Shown here piece after piece: positions 25,293-36,687 of a DNA stretch of 64,000 nucleotides. The position numbers were made by a program, and so were the translations under genes. The notes beneath the pieces were generated by a model, which saw only the letters and a program-made list of their open reading frames with translations, was not told where the DNA came from and did not search any database. The stretch is from Cenococcum geophilum (taxonomy: Eukaryota). Within the stretch, counting starts at the first letter, position 1; each line of letters begins with the position of its first letter. The stretch is from positions 3,162,001-3,226,000 of the forward strand of contig CP158636.1 of the NCBI GenBank assembly GCA_050273025.1, in the 5' to 3' direction.

Positions 25293-27396
25293 TTGTAGAT
25301 AAGGTGAAATCCGTTTGAGAAGTTTGAGGAACTTGTATTTGATGTTTTGAGATACCAAAGAGAACAGATTCTATTATTCTTATATAGCTATCCTCCGTAG
25401 CTGGTCGAACCTCCTAAGAACTTCCCGAGATCTGTTATAGCATCCTAGATCCTAAAGCCGACCTAACTCCGGAACCCTTTATTACTACGTGCTAACGCCA
25501 CGCTCGCTTACTCAACCCAAACCTAGGCGCAAATCATACGGGAAAGATTGTGGGAGATCGCTGTTAAGAATCCGGACGGACACCGGCGCTACTGAAGCCC
25601 ATTTAACTATGTTCTCAGATATGCTAATAATCAGTTAGTTACGGTCAGGGGTGCCGGCAAATCTTCCCATCAAGTCCGAATTGACTTGAATTGAATTGAT
25701 CTATAATCAATTTAAGTCAATTCAAGGTCCTTTGCCAAGCCAATTCAAATCAAATCAAGGGCTGAATTGAATTGATAAATATATAGAATATAGAAATATT
25801 TTTACCTTTAGTGTTAATGTTTAATAGATATTCTCGGTTGGCGTGTAAAATGCCAATTCTTTAAACTTTATTAGGTAAACCCATATAACCTAGTAATTGC
25901 CGTTATCGTTAAGCTAGATTTAAGTTATCGGCTAGGCACACTACCTATATAAAGATATTTGCACCTACAAAAGTCCTTCCAAAATTACCACCTTATCAAC
26001 CTTTCAACACTACCACTTTATATCATTATAATGGATATTGAATCCGATTCTAAACCACTTTCTGCGCCTCCTAGTATAATTAAGGTACCTACCGAGCTTT
26101 AGAAAACCTCTAATTTCGATTCTCGCGCCCAGGAGATTAACACTATAACTTTTTCTAGTAACGATAAATACAAAGACCTTAATTAGCTGAAGTTTCCTGG
26201 CTTTTAAATTCCTTCTCCATTAAAACGAGACCGCTAATCGCATATCTGGAAGTATTGCTATAAGATCTACCAAATAGAAACAGGAAATCTCTATATAGTA
26301 TATTAGATCTGCTATATAAAACACAAAACAAAATATACCACTAATTACCGCTGGCTTGACGCCTTAACTAGTAGAGCTGCCGAATACCTTCTAAAAAGCA
26401 TAATATTGGCAAGAATGGGCTAATTAAGCTTTTAAATTAATCTTAATTAGTCGCCAGTATATAAAATAAAACACCTACTAAGTAAGCCGAGCTTAATTAA
26501 CATCGCAGGAGCTTTAACGAACGCCGATTTTAGAAGCTTCTGATACGGTAGGTTATTTAGGATGGAATTGCATTTAATTAAGTTAATAGCAAGTATTTTT
26601 ATAAGCTAATTATCTACCTAAATAAGGACTCTAAAGAGATTCTCCCTTACCGAATAATAATACGCGATTGGATTATTAAGGACTTTAAATAATATAAAGG
26701 CGTGGTAATGGAGCTTCTTAAGCGCGTATATAGTCGAATACACGTCTCTATAGATATATAGACCTCTTAAAGCCTCCTAAGCCTCTACGGAATCGTTGTT
26801 TACTTTATTAATAATAAGGGCAACTATAAAACCTTCCTACTTAGTATACTAAAACTCGCTGGGCGATATATAGGCGTTAATATTATTAATAGCGTAGCCG
26901 CGATTCTTGCGGAGTTTAATATTGGTAATAAAATTGGGTATTTTATACTAGATAATATGTTAAATAATAACACCTATATGGAGGCTCTGGGTAAGGAGCT
27001 TGGATTTAATTAGAAGGAGCGTTAACTTCGGTACGCTGGCTATATAATTAACCTAGTGGCTTGCTTAATCCTCTATAGTAAGGATATAAAGGCTTTAGAG
27101 GACGAGCTTAAAGAGGCCAAAAATAAGATTAAGCACCTAGAGCTTTAGAGGAAGCAGGGCCCAATTAGAAAGCTTTATAATATTATTATTTATATATTAT
27201 CTACGTCACCCCAACACAAGCAGTAATTTGAGGAGTTTTAACACATCTATTTAACTACTATGCCGTCGTTTTTAGATGGCTCTACAACTTAAACTACCTA
27301 AAAGCTTATCCTTAACGTTAATACGCAGTAGAATTCTACTTTTAATATAATCGAGCGCGCGCTATACCTTATGGCTATAATTAACGCCTTTATTAA

Positions 27397-28410
27397 TAAT
27401 TCTTCTTTAATTAACGTCTGATACGGATACTATCTAGCCCCACGCAGACTACTCCGTACATAAGGGAAAAGTAATATTAACAGGAAAAAACCCTTGCTGC
27501 TAGGGGGGAGGAAAAACCCTATAAGCCACCTCAGTAGGATAAAAAACCCCGATTTGCCATGTCCGTCCGTAGCGGCGGCCCTACGGGCCTACGGCTACGT
27601 CCTATCCTCCTTAGATATTTAAACTCCTTAGGAACCACTACTTCCTTCTCTAGCTTATCTAAAGCTAGGGTTCACTATGTCCTAGCTAGGCCTTACTAAT
27701 CAATTGCCGTACAGTCGTTTCCTATATCTTAACCACCCCCTATATGCTATCTCCTATAACTATTACGTTACTATATACGCCTTGCCTTCTCCCCCCTAGA
27801 GCCACCAAAGGTATAAGGGGGATTCATCCGTTCTAACTACTATAATACTAATAAGCGAGCGGGATATGTTGTATTTAGGTATCTTTTATGCCTAGGCCCC
27901 AGCTAGGCCCTTCCTAAGGGTTACTACTCCGTTAAAAGAAGACAATAGGGAAAACCGTAGGTCGCAATCTAGGCTGCTAGGTAGTATTTAGTAGTAAGAC
28001 GGCAAGTAACCGCATGCTCCGTAGGCGATCGCCCTAGGGGTTAGAAGGGGCCGTATATTTACTCGTTTGTTTGTTTATTTATACGCGCGTTTGTTTGTTA
28101 ATGTAAGGTCGTCAATACTTTTAGTTAAGGTTTGGGGATGTTTATTAAGTGCCATATATCTACGTTGGATCGTATAGGTGCCCCAGATAGGAGAATAGTA
28201 GTAGTTATCGTATTATAGAGGGCCAACAGTAGTGGTTTTTAAGATCTCACCATCCGAAAATTTTTCACTACCGCCCTTAACGCCCACAACCACCACCAGG
28301 TCCTGTCCGCACGCTATGCGACGTCTCTGCGTTGGCTCTAGGTCTGAACTTTAAAGACCCAGGTTCGTAGCCGTCACCACGTACAGGTGCAGAGTCCGTT
28401 TTCGACGGCC
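27397..28410 (-). mobile_element. Non-autonomous non-LTR retroposon (SINE/SIDE-like) with 5' HDV-like ribozyme and LINE-like 3' tail
   Basis: Exact 15-bp TSD taacgcctttattaa at 27382-27396 and 28411-28425. Removing the insert rejoins the hAT frame (AIINAFIKKE). The 3' tail resembles LINE 41800-41920. No ORF in the track. Confidence 0.88.
28325..28410 (-). ncRNA. HDV-like self-cleaving ribozyme (predicted)
   Basis: Minus strand: GGCCGTC gaaaacgga CTCTGC ACC TGTACGT GGT GACGGCT AC gaac CTGGGTCT ttaaagttc AGACCTAG ag CCAAC GCAGAG. This gives P1 (7 bp, G1-U wobble), P2 (6 bp), P3 (3 bp), a 7-nt L3 with U..CG, P1.1 (GT/AC), P4 (8 bp) and J4/2 with a candidate catalytic C at 28335. Confidence 0.85.
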
Positions 28411-29944
28411 TAACGCCTTTATTAAAAAGGAGTAATAAGATTAGGAGGCTTACTATAATTGGGCTACTAAAAACGGCACAAAGCCTTACCCGAAAAATGG
28501 TAAGAAGAAGCCTTTAATTATTAATAACGCTTTAGGTAAGAAGGAATGGCAGATTCTAAAGGAGTATATATAGAAATTAGCGCCGCTTAAGGAGGTTACT
28601 AAGACTCTAGAAGGTAAGGCTTATAACGGTAAGTTAACCTTAATTAGGGTCTAAAAATATCTATTAATTTATAATAAATTAGGTAGAAATGGAGCTCTAT
28701 AGAAGGTCCTCCCGTCTTTAGAGTACCTTATTAAGCAGATTAACCTTTTTATGTTTTAATATAAGTATAACCCAAAGTCTTACTTTTATACGGGCCTTTA
28801 ACTTAGATGGTAGAAACTTAATAAGTACTATAAGCTTACTAATAAATCCGCCACATATATTGCCTCCGTTACTCTATACCCGCGATATAAATAAAAGTGG
28901 ATTAAGGATAAGTAGAAGAATAAGAAGATGTGGATTAAGGATATAAAAAAGCGTGTTTAAACGGAATAGGAGATATATAAAGGCCTTAATTTAGGTGGGA
29001 GAGTTAATACACTACTATCTAAGCGCCGGTGACGCGAGGCAGAGGGTTTAAGAGCCTTCTTAGATAAAGGCCTTAGCGACAACTTAGAAGATAATAAGGA
29101 GGAGGATAAGTATAAAGTATAGATAAAGAAGTATCTAAAACGGGATAGGAAGGTTAATAATCTAATTAAGTATTAGTGGGAGCTTTAATTTAACTATCTA
29201 CGCCTTTTACGCTTCGCAATTAATATATTTAGTATGCTAGCGATAAGTAATAAGCCAGAACGAGTATTCAGCCTTATTGGTAATATGGTACGGCCTAATA
29301 GAGTAAGGCTTAAAGCTAACGTTATTGGCGCTATAATTAGCTTAAAGTATTGGGATATAAATAAGGTTATTAATATAAGCCGCTAAAGCTAGTAAGTTAA
29401 TATAGAGGTGTTTTAAAAGTATATAAAGTGCTAATATTTATATAGGAATAACGACTTAATCCTCCCTACTACGACCTAAGCCTTTACTAAAGCCTCTACT
29501 AAAGCCTCCTTTACTACTTCTACTACGCCGGTGATGTTATATATTGCGAGATCCTTATATAGGCGGAAGGGTTAAATAAGAGACCTTATTTAAGGACCCT
29601 ATAGGTAGGCACTAAGTGATTTTAGGTAACTACTGCGCAAAATACTATACTAAGACTTTATATAGGATTATATAATTAATTTATTAATTTAATTCCAATT
29701 CAAACCTTCCGAATTAATTTAATTCGCCTAATTCGCCTAATTTGGAACGCTAAGTAATTTAATTTAATTTGAGCCTCTTTGGAAGACTTAAAAGATTTAC
29801 TGGCACCCCTGGTTATAGTTATATTGGATTATATAGTAGCATAACTAATTAAATTATAATTGTATCTGCTAATTATATTACGTAGATATAACTATATAAC
29901 TAAACCGGATATACTACAGAAATAAGAAAAGAAGGGGTAGACCT

Positions 29945-30682
29945 CTAGGGTAGCAGTTAATATTATATTTCTTCTTTACGTATCTAGTAATAAAGATCTA
30001 GCCTCTACTAGTTTAAATAGAAGTCTTATTTGTCCAAATTACTGCTACCTATATCTTAGGAGTCTATTTTCGGTAAGAATAGGCCTATTTTAGCCAAGCC
30101 TCTTGTTGTTTAGGTATAATAAGGGGCTTCTCTATAGTAATACGCCAAAAATAGCCCTCCTTTTTAAAAGCTTTATATAAGGATCGCTTGCAGGTAAAGA
30201 CCCCCTCTATAATTATAATATCTTTAAATGTCTTCCTATAATAGAAGCAATTAAGCTTAACACGCGTAATAAGGCGCTGTTATATTAGCGTATTAATATT
30301 TAGCTTCCTTCCTCTCTATTTATAAGGGGTCTATAGATTATAGAGAGAATTTAATATAGTTCTATAAGGTATACCTAGGGAGGTACCAATCCTTTAGTGG
30401 TTCTAGCTAGCGTATTAAGAGAGGGAATAAGTAATATTACGCTTACGGTAGGAGAGCCGGGTGCCTAAATCTCAAAGAATAGGGTATTAAATTGGTGGTA
30501 GATAATGGCCATTATTCTAGCAAACAAGATTTAGCATTTTTAGGATATAAGATATAAAATACAAGGGTCTTTTCCCGTTTTATATTCTGGTGGCTTTTGT
30601 GGATTTATAATACGCTATATGTGGCTAAAGCAACGTTAGCGCTAGTAGGGAGTGTAAGTAACCCGCTTAGGTGGCCCCCTTG
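29945..30682 (-). mobile_element. 3'-truncated Tc1-like transposon, RIP-mutated, diverged relative of 30769-32127
   Basis: The minus strand starts TA|caaggggg..acctaagcggg, like the neighbouring element's TIR. It encodes decayed WTDKTSI.TS..IFITR..KKKYNINC, and homology ends near 29945. Confidence 0.8.
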
Positions 30683-30768
30683 TAGTTAATTGGGGCTATG
30701 CCAATCGCACCGCCCTAGAGCAATTAACCACTTAGTGTGAGTCTCTCTGGTACTAATGTAGACTACTA

Positions 30769-32127
30769 TAAGGGGGTAACCTAAGCGGGCTGCTCGCCCA
30801 CCCTACTAGCGCTGGCGTGGCTTTAGCTATATATAGCGTATTATAAATCTACAGAAGCTACTAGAATAGCTAGATAATATAAAACGACGGCAGGGGGGCT
30901 TTGTATCTTATATTCTAAAATTACAATGCCGAGTCTTATACGCTAGCGTAGTAACTATTTACCAAAAATTTAATACCCCATTCTTTAAGATCTAGGCACC
31001 CGTCTCTCCTACCGTAAGCGTAATATTACTTATTCCCTCTCTTAATATGCTGGTTAGAATCACCAAAAAATTAATACCTCCCTTAGTATACCTTACAGAA
31101 CTATATTAAATTCTCTCTAGAATCCATAGACCCCTTAAAAACAGAGAGGAAGGAAGCCGAATCTTAATACCCTAATATAACAGCGTTTAATCGCACGAGT
31201 AAAGTAGGACCGTTGGCACCGACAGAAATTCTTTAAGGAGATTGCTTTTCTTAAGGAAATCTCTGCCTGTAAGCAATCCTTATACAAGGCCTTTAAAAAG
31301 GAGGGCTACTTCTGCCGCATTACAACAGAGTAGCCCCTTATTACACCTAAACAACGAGATACCTGGCTAAAATGGGCTTATTCTCATCTTAAATGGACCC
31401 CTAAAATGTGGGCAGCGGTTATATAGACCGATGAGGTGTTTATTCGAACTAGTGGAGGCCAGATTTTTGTTACTAGAAGCGCTAAGGAGAAATATAATAT
31501 TAATTGCTGTGTCCCTAAATTTAGGGGGTATTTAAGCTGGATAATTTATGGTAGTATCTCCTATGGGAATAAGGGGCCTCTGGTTATTTTTAAAAAGGAT
31601 TGGTTAATTAAGCTGGGATATAAGAAGAAGATAATAAATGGCAACGTCTACCGGACATATATATGCCCCAATATTAAGAAATTTGCATGGGAATTATAGT
31701 AGATACTATAACACCAGCCTATTCTTGTAGAGGATAATGCCTTAATTCACTTAGCAAAAGTAATGCGCTTAGCCTGGGAACAAAACGGCATGCTTATAAT
31801 AGAATGGCCAGCAAATTCCCCTAATTTAAATCCAATTAAGAACGTCTGGAGGCTGTTAAAGGGGAGGATACAACGCCGGTTCCCTACAACAAAGAAGGAA
31901 GTACGGCAGTACGCTAAGGAGGAATGGGAGAAGCTCGAGCCCGAAGAATTTAAAAAGTATATAGGCAATATAAGGGAGCGCTGCCTTACTGTAATTACTG
32001 CAGATAGAGGTCTAACAAAATATTAGTTACTAAATAAGCACTGTTTTCATGTGGCGATGTGGCAATTGTAAGCACTAACGGAGGCGCTTGCAGGGTGGGC
32101 GAGCAGCCCGCTCAGGTTACCCCCTTG
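30769..32127 (+). mobile_element. Tc1/mariner (DDE_3) DNA transposon, full-length, RIP-inactivated
   Basis: TIRs (c/t)aagggggtaacct(g/a)agcgggctgctcgcccaccct at both ends, flanked by TA (30767-68, 32128-29). Transposase remnants TDE, EDNA and EWPANSPNLNPIKNVW. Confidence 0.93.
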
Positions 32128-32977
32128 TACGAGCGGGAGCGGCCAGAAGCGAGATCTGGACAAGTCAGCTCAACAGGGATCATTACACATTTCTCCTCCA
32201 GCCTTGTGCAGCTCGCGAATCAGACATGATTGCTGCAGAGGAGTGCCTATCGATGTTTTCTCACCAAGCGATGTTACTTCCGGCCTTCCATGACTGCCGC
32301 CAAGTCACAGTAGGCAGGGGATGAGAGTTTAGTTCTGCCCCCACTTCAGCCGATGAGCTTCAGGCCTCTCGACACGAAGGCTTTTCTTAGCCCTCGGGAA
32401 ACACTTTGGATCATTCGACTGCGGGATCTCCCACTGCGCTATTCCCCAGCCCAGCCCTCTTGGCGGCCCTGAACTTATCATGCGGCGTTCCTCTTATGGT
32501 CCTCGTTTTCCGAGGGATACATATATGGCTGGGTGCTAGTCCTGTTCAGTATTCCTACATGCTCTCCCCATCGGATGTTCTTCAACGTCCCGCCCCCCGC
32601 CTTGGGAAAGTTCTTCTTTCATTTTTCACCATAGAGAAGTCGTGGCTTGCGAGGCCGTATTCCACTGCAAATCTTTTCAATAACCAAGCGGAAAGGTCTG
32701 ATACTGCGTTATAATTAGCTGAAGATGCACCATAGGTTTCTTTGCATGCCCCTCTGCATGCCAACCATATACGATTCCCGTCCCAATCCTGCTCAAATCA
32801 CTAGCAATTTTCATCAACCCATTTAATAGACCGTATGTATTTAGTCACTGCTCTGCTAGTTGGATGTATTGTGGTACTAAACGGCTAACAATTAAACTAG
32901 TACATTAATTAACCTTGCTTGAATAATATTTGCTGCTCAAACAAAGGCGACTGACGCTTTCATATGCCAATTGCGAC

Positions 32978-35617
32978 ATGGAGGGCAACGAGCGAGAAGA
33001 TGATATATCTTCTCATCTTCAGGATGATCGATCTGGCCGAGAGTCGTTTGATGATGTTTCAATAATCTCGACAACGGTAACTATCCCAGCAGATCAATAC
33101 AGTGGCCCAACGACTTGTGCGTCGAATGATCCGCTTCTGGACTCGAACGATACATCTGTCAATCGCGATGGTCCTCTAGATCTTAAACTCAACGCAGTGA
33201 CTACTTTTACGACTGAAAATATTCAAATGGTTGCGGTGAATTCGAGTACTAAATTGCGTCACAAGCTTGGTTGGCTAGCCATTACCTTATTAGTAACATC
33301 CCCAATTGTCGCCCTTACTCTGATTGAAATCCTTGTCTTTCTGTGGTTCTCTGATACCAAAAACGAAAACTGGCATTATCTCATGGTTAATGAGTGGGCG
33401 ACCAGAGCTGTATCAATCTCAGCCATGATCATCCGCTTTGTCACTGATCTTCTCGCCGGAACTGGTGCATCTATGTTGGCGGCACTGTCACTTGAGGCTT
33501 TTGCTGTTCAGCTTTGCGATGCTGCTTCCGTTTCTGTGATGCGATCCGGGCTGGCAACGCCATGGCGCCTTATTCATCCCCTCTTCTCTGGCTCTCAAGG
33601 GGTCGGACACCTGCCGCGTTACCTATATCTTCCGTTAACCGTCGTGTTGGCTTGCACCACCGTTCTACTTCAATTCAGCTCGACTCTTCTGCTGTCCGAC
33701 TTGCGCCTGGGCACTCTCCGGGGGTATTCGAGCAATAGAACATTTTACTATGATTTTTCTTACAGTGTTGACGTCTTCGTTGGGTCAGTCAAAGGTTGGA
33801 GCCTCTTCAGCTCGACTTCGGCTCCTCTCATCCACCGCAGCACCACTTGGCTTAGGAATCCGCCCTTTTATCCAACCTTTGCGGAATACTCTGAGCCGCT
33901 GCCAAAATCGAGTGGGGTTGATGATACGGGCTATTCTTTCCGAGCCTTTCTTCCTTTCACGGATGCCCAATCGCGTCAGACAATAAGAAATTTTACCGGA
34001 CCAGCATTTGTTGTAGACTCACGGGTCTCTTGTCAGAAGCCAAACATGGAAAATATCAATATAATTATAAACTTCAACAACAAGACTTTGGATAAGTCCG
34101 AAAGTATGATCGGCACCGTAGAAGGCACCCTGTCGAACTCAACTCATGTCACTGACCTATGGGCGCCCAAGCAGCCTGTCGGTTTCGAATGCCAGTATTT
34201 GATTGGGATCGCTTCTTTCGCAATATGCCAGATACAGGGTCCGCAGTACATGATCTGGGCCCAAGATTTCTCATTCCCTGGATTAGGGGATCGACTGGCT
34301 TTAGTTCCTGGAGAGAGCGCTGGAAGTCTCCGGAGTAAGCTCACCAATGTCACTACCGCCGATATGGAACCTACGCCTTTTAACACCCTCCCTTCCTGGG
34401 GGCCAACATACCTCATCATCAGGTCATATGATGAACCTACCTTGAATATCCTCAAGAATGGGAGTGATGTCGTCACAGGCACAGGAGAAAACACATCGCC
34501 CCAACTTGTGCCGACTGACACGGAGTGGCTGCAAATGAGCATGGCGCTTAATGTAACTGATTCTGCCAGAGTAGTTCGAACCTTTAATCAGACCTTGAAC
34601 GTTTCGCTCTGCTATACCTCATGGCAGACCGCAGACCTCAACGTCCACATGTTTTCTTCCAATGAAAAGATCCGAAACGAAGCTGAAATCCGGTTCCAGA
34701 ATATATCCCTTGACGCCGTCAATTCAACCTCGAAATTTCAAGCGTCATACTCATTCGCAGAAGTCCGGGCACAAATGGGACAAACGTCTCAAGTAACAGC
34801 GCCAGACCAACGTGGCATTCTAGAGCTGAGTAATCAAAGTTGGGTTCCAAATCCCAATGATGCTTACCCAATTCAACAACAGCCGCCAGTGCAAGCGTTT
34901 TCTGACATGTCTGGTCTGGGTCTCCGCAACACCATGCCTCACGAATTAGCCCTTGCTCATTGGTTCGATAATACCACGACCAATAGCTCAATAGTCATAG
35001 ACCCCGACTTGAGCTACTTTGAGAGCAGCCGTCTGGCCGGCAACTGGACGGCAGTTCTTACCGATTCCTCCATCGGGCTTGTCTTTGGCTCGAATATCAA
35101 CAACGCAACATTACCAGACCCAGCACTTTCAAGCTTTTTCATCGAGGCCATGACCACGAACGGCTCTATCGCATCAACTATGTCTTCCCTTCTCACCATC
35201 TTATCTGGCATGGCCTACTACGATCAGTTTCCAGCTTACACCAAGACAGGAAACGCAACCCTTGTTTTCTTCACCAGCGTGCTCTACCCGCAATCATACC
35301 GCGGGTTTACTGCTGTTGTCGTGCTCGTCCTTTTCCAAGTCTTGATCTTCACTATCATCGCGACGCTATTTGTGTGGCGGACGCAGTTCACGTTGCTCGG
35401 GAACGACTGGGCTGCAGTGGCGCAGATTTCCACCCCAGAGACTGAGGAGATTTTAAGGGCGAATACACTTGCAGTGGACAAACAGGTTAAGAATGCGTTG
35501 GAAGATGAAGGGAGAAAGAACATTAGAGTGGGAATTGGGATGCATAATGACGGAGAGAGGTTTGGCATCACAACTTTGAAGTGGAGGGAGAAAGGATTTC
35601 ATGCCGAATCACCGTAA
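32978..35617 (+). CDS. Intronless ~880-aa membrane protein of unknown function (N-terminal TM bundle, large N-glycosylation-rich luminal domain, C-terminal TM)
   Basis: Uninterrupted ORF. Hydrophobic segments near aa 100-240 and 780-800, and many NxS/T sequons. Confidence 0.85.
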   Translation: MEGNEREDDISSHLQDDRSGRESFDDVSIISTTVTIPADQYSGPTTCASNDPLLDSNDTSVNRDGPLDLKLNAVTTFTTENIQMVAVNSSTKLRHKLGWLAITLLVTSPIVALTLIEILVFLWFSDTKNENWHYLMVNEWATRAVSISAMIIRFVTDLLAGTGASMLAALSLEAFAVQLCDAASVSVMRSGLATPWRLIHPLFSGSQGVGHLPRYLYLPLTVVLACTTVLLQFSSTLLLSDLRLGTLRGYSSNRTFYYDFSYSVDVFVGSVKGWSLFSSTSAPLIHRSTTWLRNPPFYPTFAEYSEPLPKSSGVDDTGYSFRAFLPFTDAQSRQTIRNFTGPAFVVDSRVSCQKPNMENINIIINFNNKTLDKSESMIGTVEGTLSNSTHVTDLWAPKQPVGFECQYLIGIASFAICQIQGPQYMIWAQDFSFPGLGDRLALVPGESAGSLRSKLTNVTTADMEPTPFNTLPSWGPTYLIIRSYDEPTLNILKNGSDVVTGTGENTSPQLVPTDTEWLQMSMALNVTDSARVVRTFNQTLNVSLCYTSWQTADLNVHMFSSNEKIRNEAEIRFQNISLDAVNSTSKFQASYSFAEVRAQMGQTSQVTAPDQRGILELSNQSWVPNPNDAYPIQQQPPVQAFSDMSGLGLRNTMPHELALAHWFDNTTTNSSIVIDPDLSYFESSRLAGNWTAVLTDSSIGLVFGSNINNATLPDPALSSFFIEAMTTNGSIASTMSSLLTILSGMAYYDQFPAYTKTGNATLVFFTSVLYPQSYRGFTAVVVLVLFQVLIFTIIATLFVWRTQFTLLGNDWAAVAQISTPETEEILRANTLAVDKQVKNALEDEGRKNIRVGIGMHNDGERFGITTLKWREKGFHAESP

Positions 35618-35823
35618 ATATCCTTTACTGAAGACAGATGACGTATTTTACGAGGCGTCCCCTCATGATGCCTAGAGATAACTTTTACTCTTCCCCAAAG
35701 GAAACTTACCAGCTTCTTAGATTCGCGGCTTGTCTGAACTCATCTGACGCTTTCCGAATCGCCTCACAACTAGACTATTACAGCCGAAATAGCTAGCGAT
35801 TGGCATGCATACCATATGCCAGA

Positions 35824-36687
35824 ATGACTACGCTTCAGACTTTGCGACGTATGTTATCTGGGAGCGCTCCGTCTACAGCTGCGTTGAAGCCTGAATGGAT
35901 GGAAGTGAGAGAATAACGAGTGAAGAAATTTAGGAGCCGGCTGCAATCGAACCTTTGAATGTCAAGCAAGCGCACCATAGACGGACATTGTGTTTGGAAG
36001 TACGACTGATGCACCGAACTGCGGAGTATTTTTCATCACGCCCTCATACGCCTAGTACTTAACTTTCACCGGTTCTCAAATGTCACCAAGGTCACGATCC
36101 CATTCCGCGCAGCTTCCGCCAAATTGGCATGAAATTCTGTGGTATAGTATGAGCCCGAAATAACCCACATCGACGCACCTCCGGAATACTTTGTGCCGTT
36201 CTGCCACTGGTACATAAACACCTCAGATGACGAACGGTGGGATGAGCGACTGCCTCACCATCAAGTTATCGTTCTGCAACACCATGTGGTCTGGGCGTAT
36301 CTCCTGGTCCAGCGGATTCTGAGAGACGTGTCGGCCGAGAGATTCTGCCCGGAGGCTTTAAAGGAGGAGATTCGCGCGAGCGATTCGAACCGGGGTAGCC
36401 TAGTGCGGGTGTGTTTGTTGAAGGGAAGGAGGGGCCGCCGTTGCGGTTCTTTTCGTTAAAGAATACACCGCTGTGGTTGGGTCGGGCTGAGCAGCTTGGG
36501 TTTGATGTGGAAGGTTTTAGCGAGTATGGTGGCGGAGGCGTTGGCTATGATGCATTGGGAGGTCGAAACTGACGCGGATTATGTGGAGATTTTATTCCCG
36601 GGGGGAAGGCCGAACGGGAGTAAACGAACGGATGCGGTTCCAGCGGGTGCTTTGGAGAAAAAGGCTAGGGGCTCATTCACGAGATTA
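35824..36687 (+). pseudogene. DUF3669-like gene, 5' part (frameshifted, interrupted by the Fot1 element)
   Basis: LRRMLS, KIG..FCGIV, SNRGSLVR, RFFSLKN.PL and AEALAMMHWE...DADYVE motifs resembling DUF3669, spread over several frames. Confidence 0.65.

Larger units (their letters stand above)
25646..29811 (+). mobile_element. Full-length hAT DNA transposon, RIP-inactivated, with nested 1-kb retroposon
   Basis: TIRs cagggGTGCC(g/a)g(c/t)aaatctt at both ends. 8-bp TSD gttacggt (25638-45) / gttatagt (29812-19). Subterminal gaattga/tcaattc repeats. Decayed transposase motifs DIWTS, RLRCAGHIINL, TRWNST and SMPAMS.EPERVFS (~26030-29390). Confidence 0.93.

Noticed and set aside
27616..27642. Shared cct(g/a)aggag motif as a hammerhead ribozyme core (CUGANGA)
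   Set aside because: I could not find the matching GAAA and stems I-III in either the LINE or the retroposon. Kept only as a shared motif.
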